NCBI GenBank assembly: GCA_043817485.1
Contig: JBDRGX010000094.1
Location: 1-53,003, forward strand
DNA from: a bacterium
GTDB lineage: Bacteria; JBDRGX01
Direction of reading: 5' to 3'
DNA length: 53,003 nt
A model generated the notes under the pieces. The model was given only the letters and a program-made list of their open reading frames with translations, had not been told where the DNA came from and did no database searches. A program made the position numbers and the translations under genes. Below, one piece after another: positions 9,698 to 18,769 of the stretch; position 1 is the stretch's first letter; the number at the start of each line of letters is the position of its first letter.

Positions 9698-10428
9698 TAT
9701 ATTTTTCCAAATCGTCTTTTTCGATTTTGATATTCTAATATAGCTTTATAAAATTCTTCTGTTTTAAAATCTGGCCAATAAATAGAAGTAATGTAAATTT
9801 CTGTATAAGCAATTTGCCAAAGTAAAAAATTACTTATTCTTAATTCACCACTTGTACGAATTAAAAGATCTGGATCTGGTAACCCACTTGTACATAAATA
9901 TTTAGAAAACATTGATTCTGTTAATTTTTCTGGATCAACTAAACCATTTTTTATATCACAACTTATTTTTTTTATTGCTTCAAGGATTTCCCATCTTGAA
10001 CTATAACTTAAAGCTATATTTAAAATCATTCCTTTTGCTTTTTGAGTTTCTTTTTCTATTTTATTTATTTCTTTTTGCAAATTTAAAGGCAAAAGCGATA
10101 AATTCCCAAAAACTTGAAGTTTTATATTATTTTTCAAAAGTTCTTTTTTTTCTTTTTGTAAATAAATAGATAAAAAAGACATTAATTTAGTTACTTCAGA
10201 TTTAGGCCTTTGCCAATTTTCTAAAGAAAAAGCATAAAAAGTTAAAACTTTAATTCCTATTTTATGAGATGTTTTAATGATTTCTCTAGTAGAATTTATT
10301 CCTTCTAAATGTCCTTTAGAACGATGAACCCCTTTACTTTGTGCCCATCTACCATTTCCATCCATAATAATAGCTATATGACAAGGCAATTTATTTATAT
10401 CTATATCTTTAAAACAAGTTTTTAACAT
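9697..10428 (-). CDS. uppS: di-trans,poly-cis-undecaprenyl-diphosphate synthase
   Basis: HIAIIMDGNGRWA, ...FS.ENW.RP..EV, RTSGE.R.SNFLLWQ.AY.E motifs. Confidence 0.92.
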   Translation of the reverse strand: MLKTCFKDIDINKLPCHIAIIMDGNGRWAQSKGVHRSKGHLEGINSTREIIKTSHKIGIKVLTFYAFSLENWQRPKSEVTKLMSFLSIYLQKEKKELLKNNIKLQVFGNLSLLPLNLQKEINKIEKETQKAKGMILNIALSYSSRWEILEAIKKISCDIKNGLVDPEKLTESMFSKYLCTSGLPDPDLLIRTSGELRISNFLLWQIAYTEIYITSIYWPDFKTEEFYKAILEYQNRKRRFGKI

Positions 10429-10472
10429 TTTACTTTCAAAAAAAACCTTAATTGAAAATTAATTTTTGAAAT

Positions 10473-10658
10473 TTATTCTTCTATCACAGCTTCTACTGGA
10501 CAAATATCTTTACATTTACCACATTTTTCACCTTTATTTTCTTTGCATAATTCTTGTTTTATAATATATATATCGTTTTCTTCAATAATAGCGTTATTAG
10601 GACATTCATCTACACATGTCCCACAAGAAACACATTCATCTGTAATTTTATAAGCCAT
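10473..10658 (-). CDS. 2x[4Fe-4S] clostridial-type ferredoxin
   Basis: MAYKITDECVSCGTCVDECP ... CGKCKDICP. The start is placed at the internal ATG preceded by GAGGAG-9 nt; the ORF track extends it to 10679. Confidence 0.85.
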   Translation of the reverse strand: MAYKITDECVSCGTCVDECPNNAIIEENDIYIIKQELCKENKGEKCGKCKDICPVEAVIEE

Positions 10659-10714
10659 TTTTTTAAACTCCTCTGACATAAAATGTCTTTCAATTTTAGT
10701 TAAATTAATTTTTT

Positions 10715-10743
10715 ATTTAATTACTATACTTTCATTTTGTCAA
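10715..10743 (-). promoter_or_regulatory. candidate promoter TTGACA-17-TTAAAT for the ferredoxin gene
   Basis: Exact -35 hexamer on the minus strand (10743-10738), 17-nt spacer, and a -10 matching TATAAT at 4/6. Confidence 0.35.
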
Positions 10744-10964
10744 GAAAAAAAAGTATTTTATTTTAAAAATATTATGAAAAAAAATTCAAATATTCAACAC
10801 AATTTTTTTAACAAATATCCATTACTCAAAAATGATAAAAAAATAAAACTCTGAATTTTTCTTTTCTATTTTACAAAAACAAATTACTTGAAAAAATATA
10901 AAAACAATGCTTTTATTATTTTGTTTTTCATTGAAAACTTTATATTAAATACCAAAATATTAAA

Positions 10965-12377
10965 TTATTTGTTAAATTGTGGTAAAAAATTTTTAGAATT
11001 TATTAATAACTCATTTAACATAGATTCTGCTTTATCTGGAAGAATAGCCATTTCATCAAGCATAAGTGCTTGAAGAGCAAGTTTTTTGTCTCCTTTTACT
11101 CCAGCATCTACCATTATTTCTTGCATTGCTATTGCTTTTTCAAGTAATCCCTTTAATGCTAAAGGTGCTTCCCCTGCATGAATGCCTCTAATACCATGAG
11201 AATCAGTAACTCCTTCTATTTCTAATACTGCTTCAGAAGGAAGATTAGAAACTGCTCCTTTATTTGGAATATTTACAATATAAACATTTCTTCTTCCTAC
11301 TGATATATCTGCTATTAAATTTCCAAGAGATTCTCCAGTTGCCATTTCTTTTTCTAAATCTATTACCAACCCCTTGTTATTTTTCAATTCTTCTATTTTA
11401 CTTGTAAATTCTTTAAAAACCTTATCTAATTCTTCTTTTAAACTCATTTGATGATTATCTTTTTTAACATTATCTTCTAAAGCAAAACAATGTTTAATAT
11501 AAGCTTCCATAATTTCCGGGCCATGAGGAGCCTCTCTAAGTCTATATGGCAATTCTCCATTTTTAAGCTGAGTAAGAAATGGATAAAATTCTATAATATG
11601 GTTATCTGAAGGATATGTTAGTTGATACCCATAAACACTACAAAATTTTTTAAACATAACTTCATTTTCTTTAGGTTGATATAAAGGCATAAGTTCTTTA
11701 ACTCTATCATAAACACTTTTTCCTTTGTGATAAATTTCTGTGAACCAATGGTAATGATTAGTGCCAACCCAAACTATATCAAGTTCTTCCACAGGAATAT
11801 TAAGCAATGCAGATAAAAATCTTTTTCCTTTTTGAACACCATGACACATCCCTACAACTTGCCTTATTTTTGTATATTTATTCATTGCTCTACATAATAT
11901 AGCCATTGGATTTGAATGATTAAATAAAATAACATTCGGACATCTTTTTTCCATTTCTTTGCAAATTTCCATATATATTGGAATACTTCTAAATGCTGTC
12001 ATCATAGCCGCAGGACCACCAGTATCCCCAACAACTTGGAAAATTCCATATTTAGCACATGTTAAAATATCTTTTATATGAACACCTTTAGGATCATGAA
12101 AACCTTGTTTGCCTCCTCCAATCCCACCAATAGAAGAAATAGCAAAATCTGCTCCATCAACTGCTTTAGATAAATCACTTGCAGCTAATGTTTTTAATTT
12201 AACACCCGCTATTTCAGATATTTTTTTGCCATAATCAGCCATAAGTTTTGCTTTATCTAAATTAATATCATAAATCATAACTTCACTATCATTCAAATCT
12301 TTATTTAAAACTAATTCTCTAATCGCATCAATAAAATAATTAGAACCTCCACCTAAACACACTATTTTTTTTCTCAT
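10965..12377 (-). CDS. glycoside hydrolase family 4 (NAD/Mn-dependent glycosidase; alpha-galacturonidase/alpha-glucosidase-like)
   Basis: N-terminal Rossmann KIVCLGGGSNYF, GDTGGPAAMMTAFRSIP, FNHSNPMA and VGMCHG motifs characteristic of GH4. Confidence 0.8.
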   Translation of the reverse strand: MRKKIVCLGGGSNYFIDAIRELVLNKDLNDSEVMIYDINLDKAKLMADYGKKISEIAGVKLKTLAASDLSKAVDGADFAISSIGGIGGGKQGFHDPKGVHIKDILTCAKYGIFQVVGDTGGPAAMMTAFRSIPIYMEICKEMEKRCPNVILFNHSNPMAILCRAMNKYTKIRQVVGMCHGVQKGKRFLSALLNIPVEELDIVWVGTNHYHWFTEIYHKGKSVYDRVKELMPLYQPKENEVMFKKFCSVYGYQLTYPSDNHIIEFYPFLTQLKNGELPYRLREAPHGPEIMEAYIKHCFALEDNVKKDNHQMSLKEELDKVFKEFTSKIEELKNNKGLVIDLEKEMATGESLGNLIADISVGRRNVYIVNIPNKGAVSNLPSEAVLEIEGVTDSHGIRGIHAGEAPLALKGLLEKAIAMQEIMVDAGVKGDKKLALQALMLDEMAILPDKAESMLNELLINSKNFLPQFNK

Positions 12378-12402
12378 TATAATCCTCCTGACATAGAATG
12401 TC

Positions 12403-13254
12403 TTATTTTATATTTAATATTTTTGCTGCTGTTCCACCTAATACTAATTTTTTTGTTTCTTCGTCTATATCAAATAATCTCATTAAATTATTATAAAACT
12501 CTAATAATACCTCTGGTTTAGGATTATCAGAACCATAAATAATTTTTTTAAAAATATTTTTATTTATTATTTCTTCTGTTGTTCTTAAATTCGGTTGTGC
12601 AGAAACAGAAAATAAAGTTTTCAAAAAAGAAAAAGGCAAGTTTCTTATTGTCCCTCCTGTTAAATCAAAGTAAATATTAGGAACTTTAGTAATTATTTCA
12701 ATTGCCTGCCACATATAACTAATATTCCCTAAATGTGCACCAATTAAAATTAATTCAGGAAATGCTCTTGCTATTGTATCTAAATATATAGGTTGCATTC
12801 TATCACAAGAAATATCTTTATCCCCCATAGGAGAAACCCATCCAGTATGAAAAAGTATAGGCATATTTAATTGAGATGCTTTTTCATAAAAAGAAAAATA
12901 TTCTTTATCATTATAGTTTTTTAAAGGGCATATTAATTTTAACCCTTTAAATCCTTCATCAAATAATTTATTAACAATTTCTGGCTTTTCTCCATCTATG
13001 TCTACATAACCAAAACCTATAAAAAAATCAGGATATCTTTTAAACAAAACTTCTTTTACATCCTCATTTTTCCCTGATTTTAAACTTGTAGTACAACTAA
13101 TACATACTTTTGTTATTCCTAAATCTGAACAATGTTTAACATATTCATCTATTTCCATTTCACTTATAGATAACCCTTTAATTATTACTAACCCTTTAAT
13201 AGGATCTTTTTTAACATCATCTTTTCTTAAATGCGCATGCATATTTATAATCAT
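12403..13254 (-). CDS. amidohydrolase-family metal-dependent hydrolase (TIM barrel)
   Basis: Starts MIINMHAHL (HxH metal motif). Internal FHTG and a late GSD.P are consistent with the amidohydrolase-2 fold. Confidence 0.6.
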   Translation of the reverse strand: MIINMHAHLRKDDVKKDPIKGLVIIKGLSISEMEIDEYVKHCSDLGITKVCISCTTSLKSGKNEDVKEVLFKRYPDFFIGFGYVDIDGEKPEIVNKLFDEGFKGLKLICPLKNYNDKEYFSFYEKASQLNMPILFHTGWVSPMGDKDISCDRMQPIYLDTIARAFPELILIGAHLGNISYMWQAIEIITKVPNIYFDLTGGTIRNLPFSFLKTLFSVSAQPNLRTTEEIINKNIFKKIIYGSDNPKPEVLLEFYNNLMRLFDIDEETKKLVLGGTAAKILNIK

Positions 13255-13302
13255 TTTAAATTCTCCTAAAATTTTATATCCTAATTTTACTTTTTAGCAG
13301 TA

Positions 13303-13328
13303 AAGGCGAAGCTTTTCAGCCTCGCCTT
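13303..13328. terminator. GC-rich hairpin, possible intrinsic terminator between two minus-strand genes
   Basis: AAGGCGA-aGCT-tttc-AGC-c-TCGCCTT. One of very few GC-rich patches in the window. There is no clean U-tract on the minus strand. Confidence 0.35.
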
Positions 13329-13382
13329 CAATTTTATATTCAATGAAATTTACTCACTTTAATATTTTTATACTTATTATTT

Positions 13383-14441
13383 TTAAATCTCTTTTGCTAT
13401 TAAATCTCCTACTTCACTTGTAGAAAAACCCATTTTCCCAGCAGCCATATCTTTTATAATCCCTTTTTCCAATACCTTTATTACAGCATCTTCTACTAAT
13501 TTTGCTGCTTTTTCTTCACCTAAAGTTTCTAACATCATTGCTCCAGCAAGAATAGTAGCAATTGGATTTATTTTATTTTGTCCTTTATATTTAGGAGCAG
13601 AACCATGAATTGGTTCAAACATTGAAACACCAAATGGATTAATATTTCCACCAGCAGCAATGCCCATTCCTCCTTGAATCATCGCTCCTAAATCAGTAAT
13701 AATATCTCCAAACATATTACAAGTTACAATAGTATCAAACCATTCTGGATTTTTAACAAACCACATACAAATAGCATCTACATGAGCATAATCAGCAGTA
13801 ATATCTGAATATTCTTTACTTACTTCATTATAAGCTCTTTGCCAAAGATCATAAGCATAAGTTAAAACATTTGTTTTGCCACAAAGAGTAAGTTTTTTTG
13901 CTTTATTTCTTTTTTGTGCTAAATCAAAAGCGTATCTAATAACTCTTTCTACCCCTTTTCTCGTGCAAACCATTTCTTGTAAAGCTATTTCATCTGGAGT
14001 TCCTTTTTTTAAAAATCCTCCTACTCCTACATACAGCCCTTCAGTATTTTCTCTAACTACTACAAAATCAATATCTTTGGGACCTTTATCTTTAATTGGA
14101 GTATAAACATTGGGATATAATTTTACTGGACGAAGATTTATATATTGATCCATTGCAAATCTAATTTTAAGCAAAAGTCCTTGTTCTAAAATACCTGGCT
14201 TAACTTCTGGATGACCTACAGCTCCTAAATACATAGCATCTGCTTTTTTAAATTCACAAATAGCAGAATCTGGCAATATTTCTCCAGTTTTTAAATATCT
14301 TTCTCCACCAAAATCATAATAAATATAATCTAATTTAAAATTCATTTTCTGACTTACAGTATCAAGAACTTTTATTCCTTCTTTTATTATTTCTTCGCCT
14401 ACACCATCACCAGGAATTACAGCAATTTTATAATTTTTCAT
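13383..14441 (-). CDS. tartrate dehydrogenase/decarboxylase or D-malate dehydrogenase-like enzyme (isocitrate/isopropylmalate dehydrogenase family)
   Basis: [34 protein letters not shown] and EP.HGSAP motifs. The start is placed at the internal ATG 14439-14441, preceded by AAGGGGAAA. Confidence 0.78.
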   Translation of the reverse strand: MKNYKIAVIPGDGVGEEIIKEGIKVLDTVSQKMNFKLDYIYYDFGGERYLKTGEILPDSAICEFKKADAMYLGAVGHPEVKPGILEQGLLLKIRFAMDQYINLRPVKLYPNVYTPIKDKGPKDIDFVVVRENTEGLYVGVGGFLKKGTPDEIALQEMVCTRKGVERVIRYAFDLAQKRNKAKKLTLCGKTNVLTYAYDLWQRAYNEVSKEYSDITADYAHVDAICMWFVKNPEWFDTIVTCNMFGDIITDLGAMIQGGMGIAAGGNINPFGVSMFEPIHGSAPKYKGQNKINPIATILAGAMMLETLGEEKAAKLVEDAVIKVLEKGIIKDMAAGKMGFSTSEVGDLIAKEI

Positions 14442-14561
14442 TTTATTATTTCCCCTTTTTTTATCAGATTGTGTTAATTCATTCTCGCAAAAATGAATTG
14501 ACACACTTAAAATTAAAATACCTTGCTGAAAAAATATTTTACAATCTATTATAAAATATTT

Positions 14562-16151
14562 TCATTTTTTAAATGCTTCTATATGTCTACGAATATGAAA
14601 AGATAAAATTTCATAATATTTTTCTTCATTATTTTTTAAAACTTTTAACATTTCATTTTTCAAATAAAAATTTCCATTTTCATTTGAAGCAGTAAGCACT
14701 GACCCAAAAGTAACATGCAATACTTGACGAACATCAAAATTATCAAGTAATTTTACTAATTCATTGTTTTTAATTTTAGATACAGAATTTACTTTATTCA
14801 AATCAGCAGAAACATGATAACTTTTTCTATCATTTTCATAATTTTTAATAGCAAATAACAAAATTTCATTAAAAAGATTTGGCTCTAAAATAGATATTGT
14901 TCTCAATGCCTCTAAATAAGTAGTACCAGCGGTTTTGAAATGTACAGAATCTTCTACTTCTCTTCCAATGCAAGGATAAATACTAAATTTATCAGAAGAC
15001 GAATGAAAACTTAATTTATAAGATCCAAAATATTTTACAACAGATAAATGTTCTTTTAATGATTTTTCAAAAGATTTTATATCTCCAATATAATCTACAC
15101 CTTTTTCAAATTTTCCTATAAATCGAAGTGCTAAACTTAACCATTTAACACCTAATCGTTGTAATTCATTTGCTATAAAAAAATGTTCTAAAATAGTAGT
15201 AGAAAAATCTACTTCATCTACTGAAATTTCAAATTCAAATTCAGATAACAATTTTTTACTACATAAATGATTATAAACAGATAAAATATGAACAAGAGCT
15301 TTTCCATATCTAACAGATATTTTTAAAAAATCCTCTTTATTGAAAGATAAAGAATATCCATTTGGTAAAGAAAAAGTTTTATTTACATATTTTTTTTCTA
15401 ATTCTAAAGGTTTTATTTTTAAAGATTGCCATGGAAGATTAAAATATTTTTTTTCTATTTCTAAAAATTCTATTTCATCAACTTCATTATCTAAATAATC
15501 ACCACTATCCAAAGTATATAAAGTAAAACCAGCTTTTAGACAATAATCTATATCATCAATGGTTTTCAAATGATCTCCATCTGAACCAAATCCTTTTCGA
15601 AATCCTTGTTGAAATACTCCCCACATAGCATCGTCCATTACTTCTACTGCTGTACGACCTGTTCTTTTCATTTCTCTAATTGATTGTTGAGCCAAAATAG
15701 GAAAAAAATCAGTATTATTTACTGCCATTATATGACCTGGAGTAGATATTCCTAATCTATCTCCACATCCTATTGATTTTCCTTTGCCGATTAAACAAGG
15801 AGAAAGAAAAGATAGGTATTTTCGTAAATTAGTAGCATTAATATTATTTAAAGAATATATTTTCCAACAAGCATTTAAAGAAGTTATTTGACCAGATCTA
15901 AAACATTCAGTAAAATCATTTAATAAAAAATTTTTGTCTGCAGTAACTATTATTCCCAAATATTTTTTATTATCTTCTTCATTTTTTCCCATAAAAAAAA
16001 TCATTTCATCTTTAACAACTAAAGAAGAAAAATAAATTTTTAATTTAACTATATCACTAATTTGAAAAGCAATTTTACAAGATAATGTAGGTAATAGTTC
16101 TAATAATCCTTTAGAAAACAATAACGCTTTTAATTCATCCATCATTGTCAT
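14562..16151 (-). CDS. tagaturonate/fructuronate epimerase-like protein (UxaE family)
   Basis: The block GCGDRLGISTPGHI...PILAQQSIREM.RTGRT...V.DDA.WGVFQ.G...G.G.DGDHLKT matches my memory of the UxaE family. Context with GH4 and a sugar-acid dehydrogenase fits. Confidence 0.55.
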   Translation of the reverse strand: MTMMDELKALLFSKGLLELLPTLSCKIAFQISDIVKLKIYFSSLVVKDEMIFFMGKNEEDNKKYLGIIVTADKNFLLNDFTECFRSGQITSLNACWKIYSLNNINATNLRKYLSFLSPCLIGKGKSIGCGDRLGISTPGHIMAVNNTDFFPILAQQSIREMKRTGRTAVEVMDDAMWGVFQQGFRKGFGSDGDHLKTIDDIDYCLKAGFTLYTLDSGDYLDNEVDEIEFLEIEKKYFNLPWQSLKIKPLELEKKYVNKTFSLPNGYSLSFNKEDFLKISVRYGKALVHILSVYNHLCSKKLLSEFEFEISVDEVDFSTTILEHFFIANELQRLGVKWLSLALRFIGKFEKGVDYIGDIKSFEKSLKEHLSVVKYFGSYKLSFHSSSDKFSIYPCIGREVEDSVHFKTAGTTYLEALRTISILEPNLFNEILLFAIKNYENDRKSYHVSADLNKVNSVSKIKNNELVKLLDNFDVRQVLHVTFGSVLTASNENGNFYLKNEMLKVLKNNEEKYYEILSFHIRRHIEAFKK

Positions 16152-16165
16152 TCCCTTTTATAAAA

Positions 16166-16384
16166 TTAAAGTATTTCTTTTTCTTTTACTTTTCTATATT
16201 TTTGTTTAAATTTTTCTACTCTTCCAAAACTATCAATTATTTTTTGTTTTCCAGTAAAAAAAGGATGACAATTTGAACAAATTTCTATACTTAGATCTTG
16301 TTTAGTTGATCCAGTATTATAAACTTTTCCACAAACACATTTAACTGTAATTTGTTGATATTTAGGATGAATATCTTTTTTCAT
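16166..16384 (-). CDS. rpmE: 50S ribosomal protein L31 (Zn-binding type)
   Basis: MKKDIHPKY...VKCVCG...[13 protein letters not shown]. Confidence 0.93.
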   Translation of the reverse strand: MKKDIHPKYQQITVKCVCGKVYNTGSTKQDLSIEICSNCHPFFTGKQKIIDSFGRVEKFKQKYRKVKEKEIL

Positions 16385-16795
16385 TTATTTATTCTCCTGT
16401 TCAATTTTTTTTTGTAAAACTTCATCTTTTTGTAAAACTTCATCTTTAACTAATTCAATCAAAGACATAGAAGCATTATCTCCTGCACGAAATCCTAAAT
16501 GAATTATTCGTGTATAACCACCATTTCTTTCCTTATATAAAGGAGCTATTTCTGTAAACATTTTTTTCACTAAAGTTCTATTATTTATTTCAGAAAAAAC
16601 TAATCTTCTATGAAAAACATCATCTTTTTTAGATAAAGTAATTAATTTTTCTATAAATCTACTAAAATATTTTGCTTTTGCCGAAGTTGTTTTAATTTTT
16701 CCATATTCGATAAAAGATTTAGACAAATTTCTTAATAAAGCCTGACGATGAGATGTCGTCCTATTTAATTTACCTTGTTGTCTTTTATGACGCAT
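16385..16795 (-). CDS. rplQ: 50S ribosomal protein L17
   Basis: MRHKRQQGKLNRTTSHRQALLRNL.... The C-terminal tail contains a perfect 18-nt tandem duplication (KDEVLQ x2). Confidence 0.95.
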   Translation of the reverse strand: MRHKRQQGKLNRTTSHRQALLRNLSKSFIEYGKIKTTSAKAKYFSRFIEKLITLSKKDDVFHRRLVFSEINNRTLVKKMFTEIAPLYKERNGGYTRIIHLGFRAGDNASMSLIELVKDEVLQKDEVLQKKIEQENK

Positions 16796-16881
16796 TAAAC
16801 AATCCTCCTAATCTATTAAAAACTTTATGAAACGAATTCTTTTTAATTTTCATCAAAACAAATAATTAAAAAAAATTTTAT

Positions 16882-17916
16882 TTAAAGTTCAGTTTCTTTT
16901 TCTATTTTTTCATTTTTTGTTTTTTCTTTATAAACTTCTTTTTTTATAGTAGAAACTTCCATTCCAAAAGAAAGATTCATTTTTAATAAAATTTTCTTTA
17001 ATTCATCTAATGATCTACGACCAAAATTTTTATATTTTAACATTTCTGCTTCTGTTTTTTTCACTAATTCAAAAATAGTAAATATTTTCGAACTTTTCAA
17101 ACAATTAGCAGAACGTACAGAAAGTTCTAATTGATCTACTTTTTTATTTAAATTTTCTACTTTCTGCATATCTTCTTCACTCATATTTTCTTCCAAAAAT
17201 TCTGTTTCTTCTTCAAAATTAATAAAAATATTCATATAATCTTTAAATATTTTTGCACTAAAAGCCAAAGCATCATCTGGTCGTACACTTCCATTAGTCC
17301 AAATTTCCATAATTAATTTATCATAATCCATTTTTTGTCCTACTCTTGCATTTTCTACACAATAATTTACTCTACGAACAGGTGTAAAAATAGCATCAAT
17401 TGGAATTGTTTCTACAGATATATTTTCTTTTTTTTCGATAGGAACATATCCTCTTCCTAATTCAACAGTCATTTTAATTTTTAATTTTCCACCTTCTTCT
17501 AAAGTAGCTATATGCAAATCTGGATTTAATATTTCAACATTAGCATTTGTTTTAATATCACTTGCTTTAATTTCTTTTTTACCTTCTACATCAAGATAAA
17601 TAGTTTCTGGACCATCAGAATACATTTTTAAAAATAATTCTTTTATATTTAATATTATATAAGAAACATCTTCAACAACAAATGGTAAAGAACAAAATTC
17701 GTGTGTTGCTCCTTCTATCTTAATTGAAGTAACAGCAGCCCCTACTAATGAAGAAAGTAAAATTCTTCTCAATGCATTCCCAATAGTTATTCCATAACCA
17801 CTTTCAAAAGGTTCTCCAATAAATTTTCCATATTGATTAGTTAAACTACTTTTTTCATAATCCAATTTTTTAGGTCTTTCTAAATTTTTCCATTGAATAT
17901 TTTTTAATTCAGACAT
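16882..17916 (-). CDS. rpoA: DNA-directed RNA polymerase subunit alpha
   Basis: GYG.T.GNALRR.LLSS..G.A, NTD and CTD (SVRS.NCLK) motifs. The start is placed at M27 of the ORF, preceded by AAAGGGGAAA, which removes the overlap with rpsD. Confidence 0.93.
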   Translation of the reverse strand: MSELKNIQWKNLERPKKLDYEKSSLTNQYGKFIGEPFESGYGITIGNALRRILLSSLVGAAVTSIKIEGATHEFCSLPFVVEDVSYIILNIKELFLKMYSDGPETIYLDVEGKKEIKASDIKTNANVEILNPDLHIATLEEGGKLKIKMTVELGRGYVPIEKKENISVETIPIDAIFTPVRRVNYCVENARVGQKMDYDKLIMEIWTNGSVRPDDALAFSAKIFKDYMNIFINFEEETEFLEENMSEEDMQKVENLNKKVDQLELSVRSANCLKSSKIFTIFELVKKTEAEMLKYKNFGRRSLDELKKILLKMNLSFGMEVSTIKKEVYKEKTKNEKIEKETEL

Positions 17917-17974
17917 ACTTATTATTTTCCCCTTTTCTAAATTTAAGAAGCAATATTTATAATTTATGAAAAAT

Positions 17975-18499
17975 TTACTTCGAATAAAATTCAACTATTA
18001 ATTGAGGATTATAATCTAAAACAATTTCTTCCTTACTAGGAATTTTTAAAACAGATCCAGATAATTTATCTGCAGAAATTTGTAACCAAGCAACAATTTC
18101 TTTTTCGATTTTAGATTGAGTATGTATTCTTACTATATTTTTACTCTTTTCTTTAACTTCAATAACATCTCCTGCTTTAACTAAATATGAAGAAATATTT
18201 ACTTTTCTTTTATTTACCATTATATGATTATGTGAAATTAATTGTTTTCCTGCTGTTCGAGATCCTACAAATCCAAGTCTAAAAACTATATTATCTAACC
18301 TTCTTTCTAAACATAAAACTAAATTATCAATAGTAATACCTTTTTTTCTTTCTGCAAATTTAAAATAATTTTTAAACTGACTTTCTGAAATTCCATAAAT
18401 TATTCTTGCTTTTTGTTTTTCTTTTAATTGTAATTTATATCCTGAAAATCTCATATTTTTAGACTTTCTCATAAAAGTTTTTGGTTTTTGTCTTTCCAA
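17975..18499 (-). CDS. rpsD: 30S ribosomal protein S4 (open part; the conserved N-terminal 29 codons lie upstream at 18509-18595, separated by an in-frame TAA at 18506-18508)
   Basis: YGLQL.EKQK-type core (SGYKLQLKEKQKARIIYGISESQFKNYF) and C-terminus LIVEFYSK. Upstream and in frame: GGAGG-10 nt-TTG SKLMEVRCKLCKKEGQKLFL..., which aligns with the S4 N-terminus. The total would be 206 codons, the normal S4 length. Confidence 0.85.
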   Translation of the reverse strand: MERQKPKTFMRKSKNMRFSGYKLQLKEKQKARIIYGISESQFKNYFKFAERKKGITIDNLVLCLERRLDNIVFRLGFVGSRTAGKQLISHNHIMVNKRKVNISSYLVKAGDVIEVKEKSKNIVRIHTQSKIEKEIVAWLQISADKLSGSVLKIPSKEEIVLDYNPQLIVEFYSK

Positions 18500-18610
18500 T
18501 GGACATTAACTACTAAAAAAACGACTAACTATCAAAAAAAGTTTTTGTCCTTCTTTTTTACATAATTTACATCTTACTTCCATTAATTTACTCAAAATTA
18601 AATTACCTCC

Positions 18611-18769
18611 TTTTATACCAAGTCGCATTTAAATGCTAACTGTATGATTTTGTCGTCAACTCCACTTATTTAATACACACAACCGGGACCCTATCGGCGT
18701 ATCAACACAGGCAGATTTGTGTCGCCTCTTGCCCCCCCCCTTTATCATTTTGAATGCAATTTAGTATTA
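18611..18769 (-). repeat. inverted-repeat, GC-rich intergenic element (copy A of a novel repeat family; MITE-like or structured RNA module)
   Basis: On the minus strand: TAATACTAAATTGCATTCAAAATGAT...G9...GGCGACACA..TGTGT..CGCC...ACAGTTAGCATTTAAATGCGACTTGGTATAAAA. The ends are mutually complementary and near-identical to 46822-46942. Confidence 0.7.

Noticed and set aside
18506-18508. Alternative genetic code or stop-codon reassignment as the explanation for the in-frame TAA in rpsD.
   Set aside because: TAA terminates many well-conserved genes in this window at the expected length, such as rpsK, rpmJ and the lipoprotein genes. Trp is encoded by TGG, and all long conserved ORFs are intact under code 11.
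18611-18769. The GC-rich segment as a dedicated S4-binding autoregulatory leader of rpsD.
   Set aside because: This is not rejected outright, but it is disfavoured as the sole explanation. Clearly homologous elements sit upstream of an unrelated aminotransferase gene and ndk, which points to a dispersed repeat rather than a gene-specific leader.
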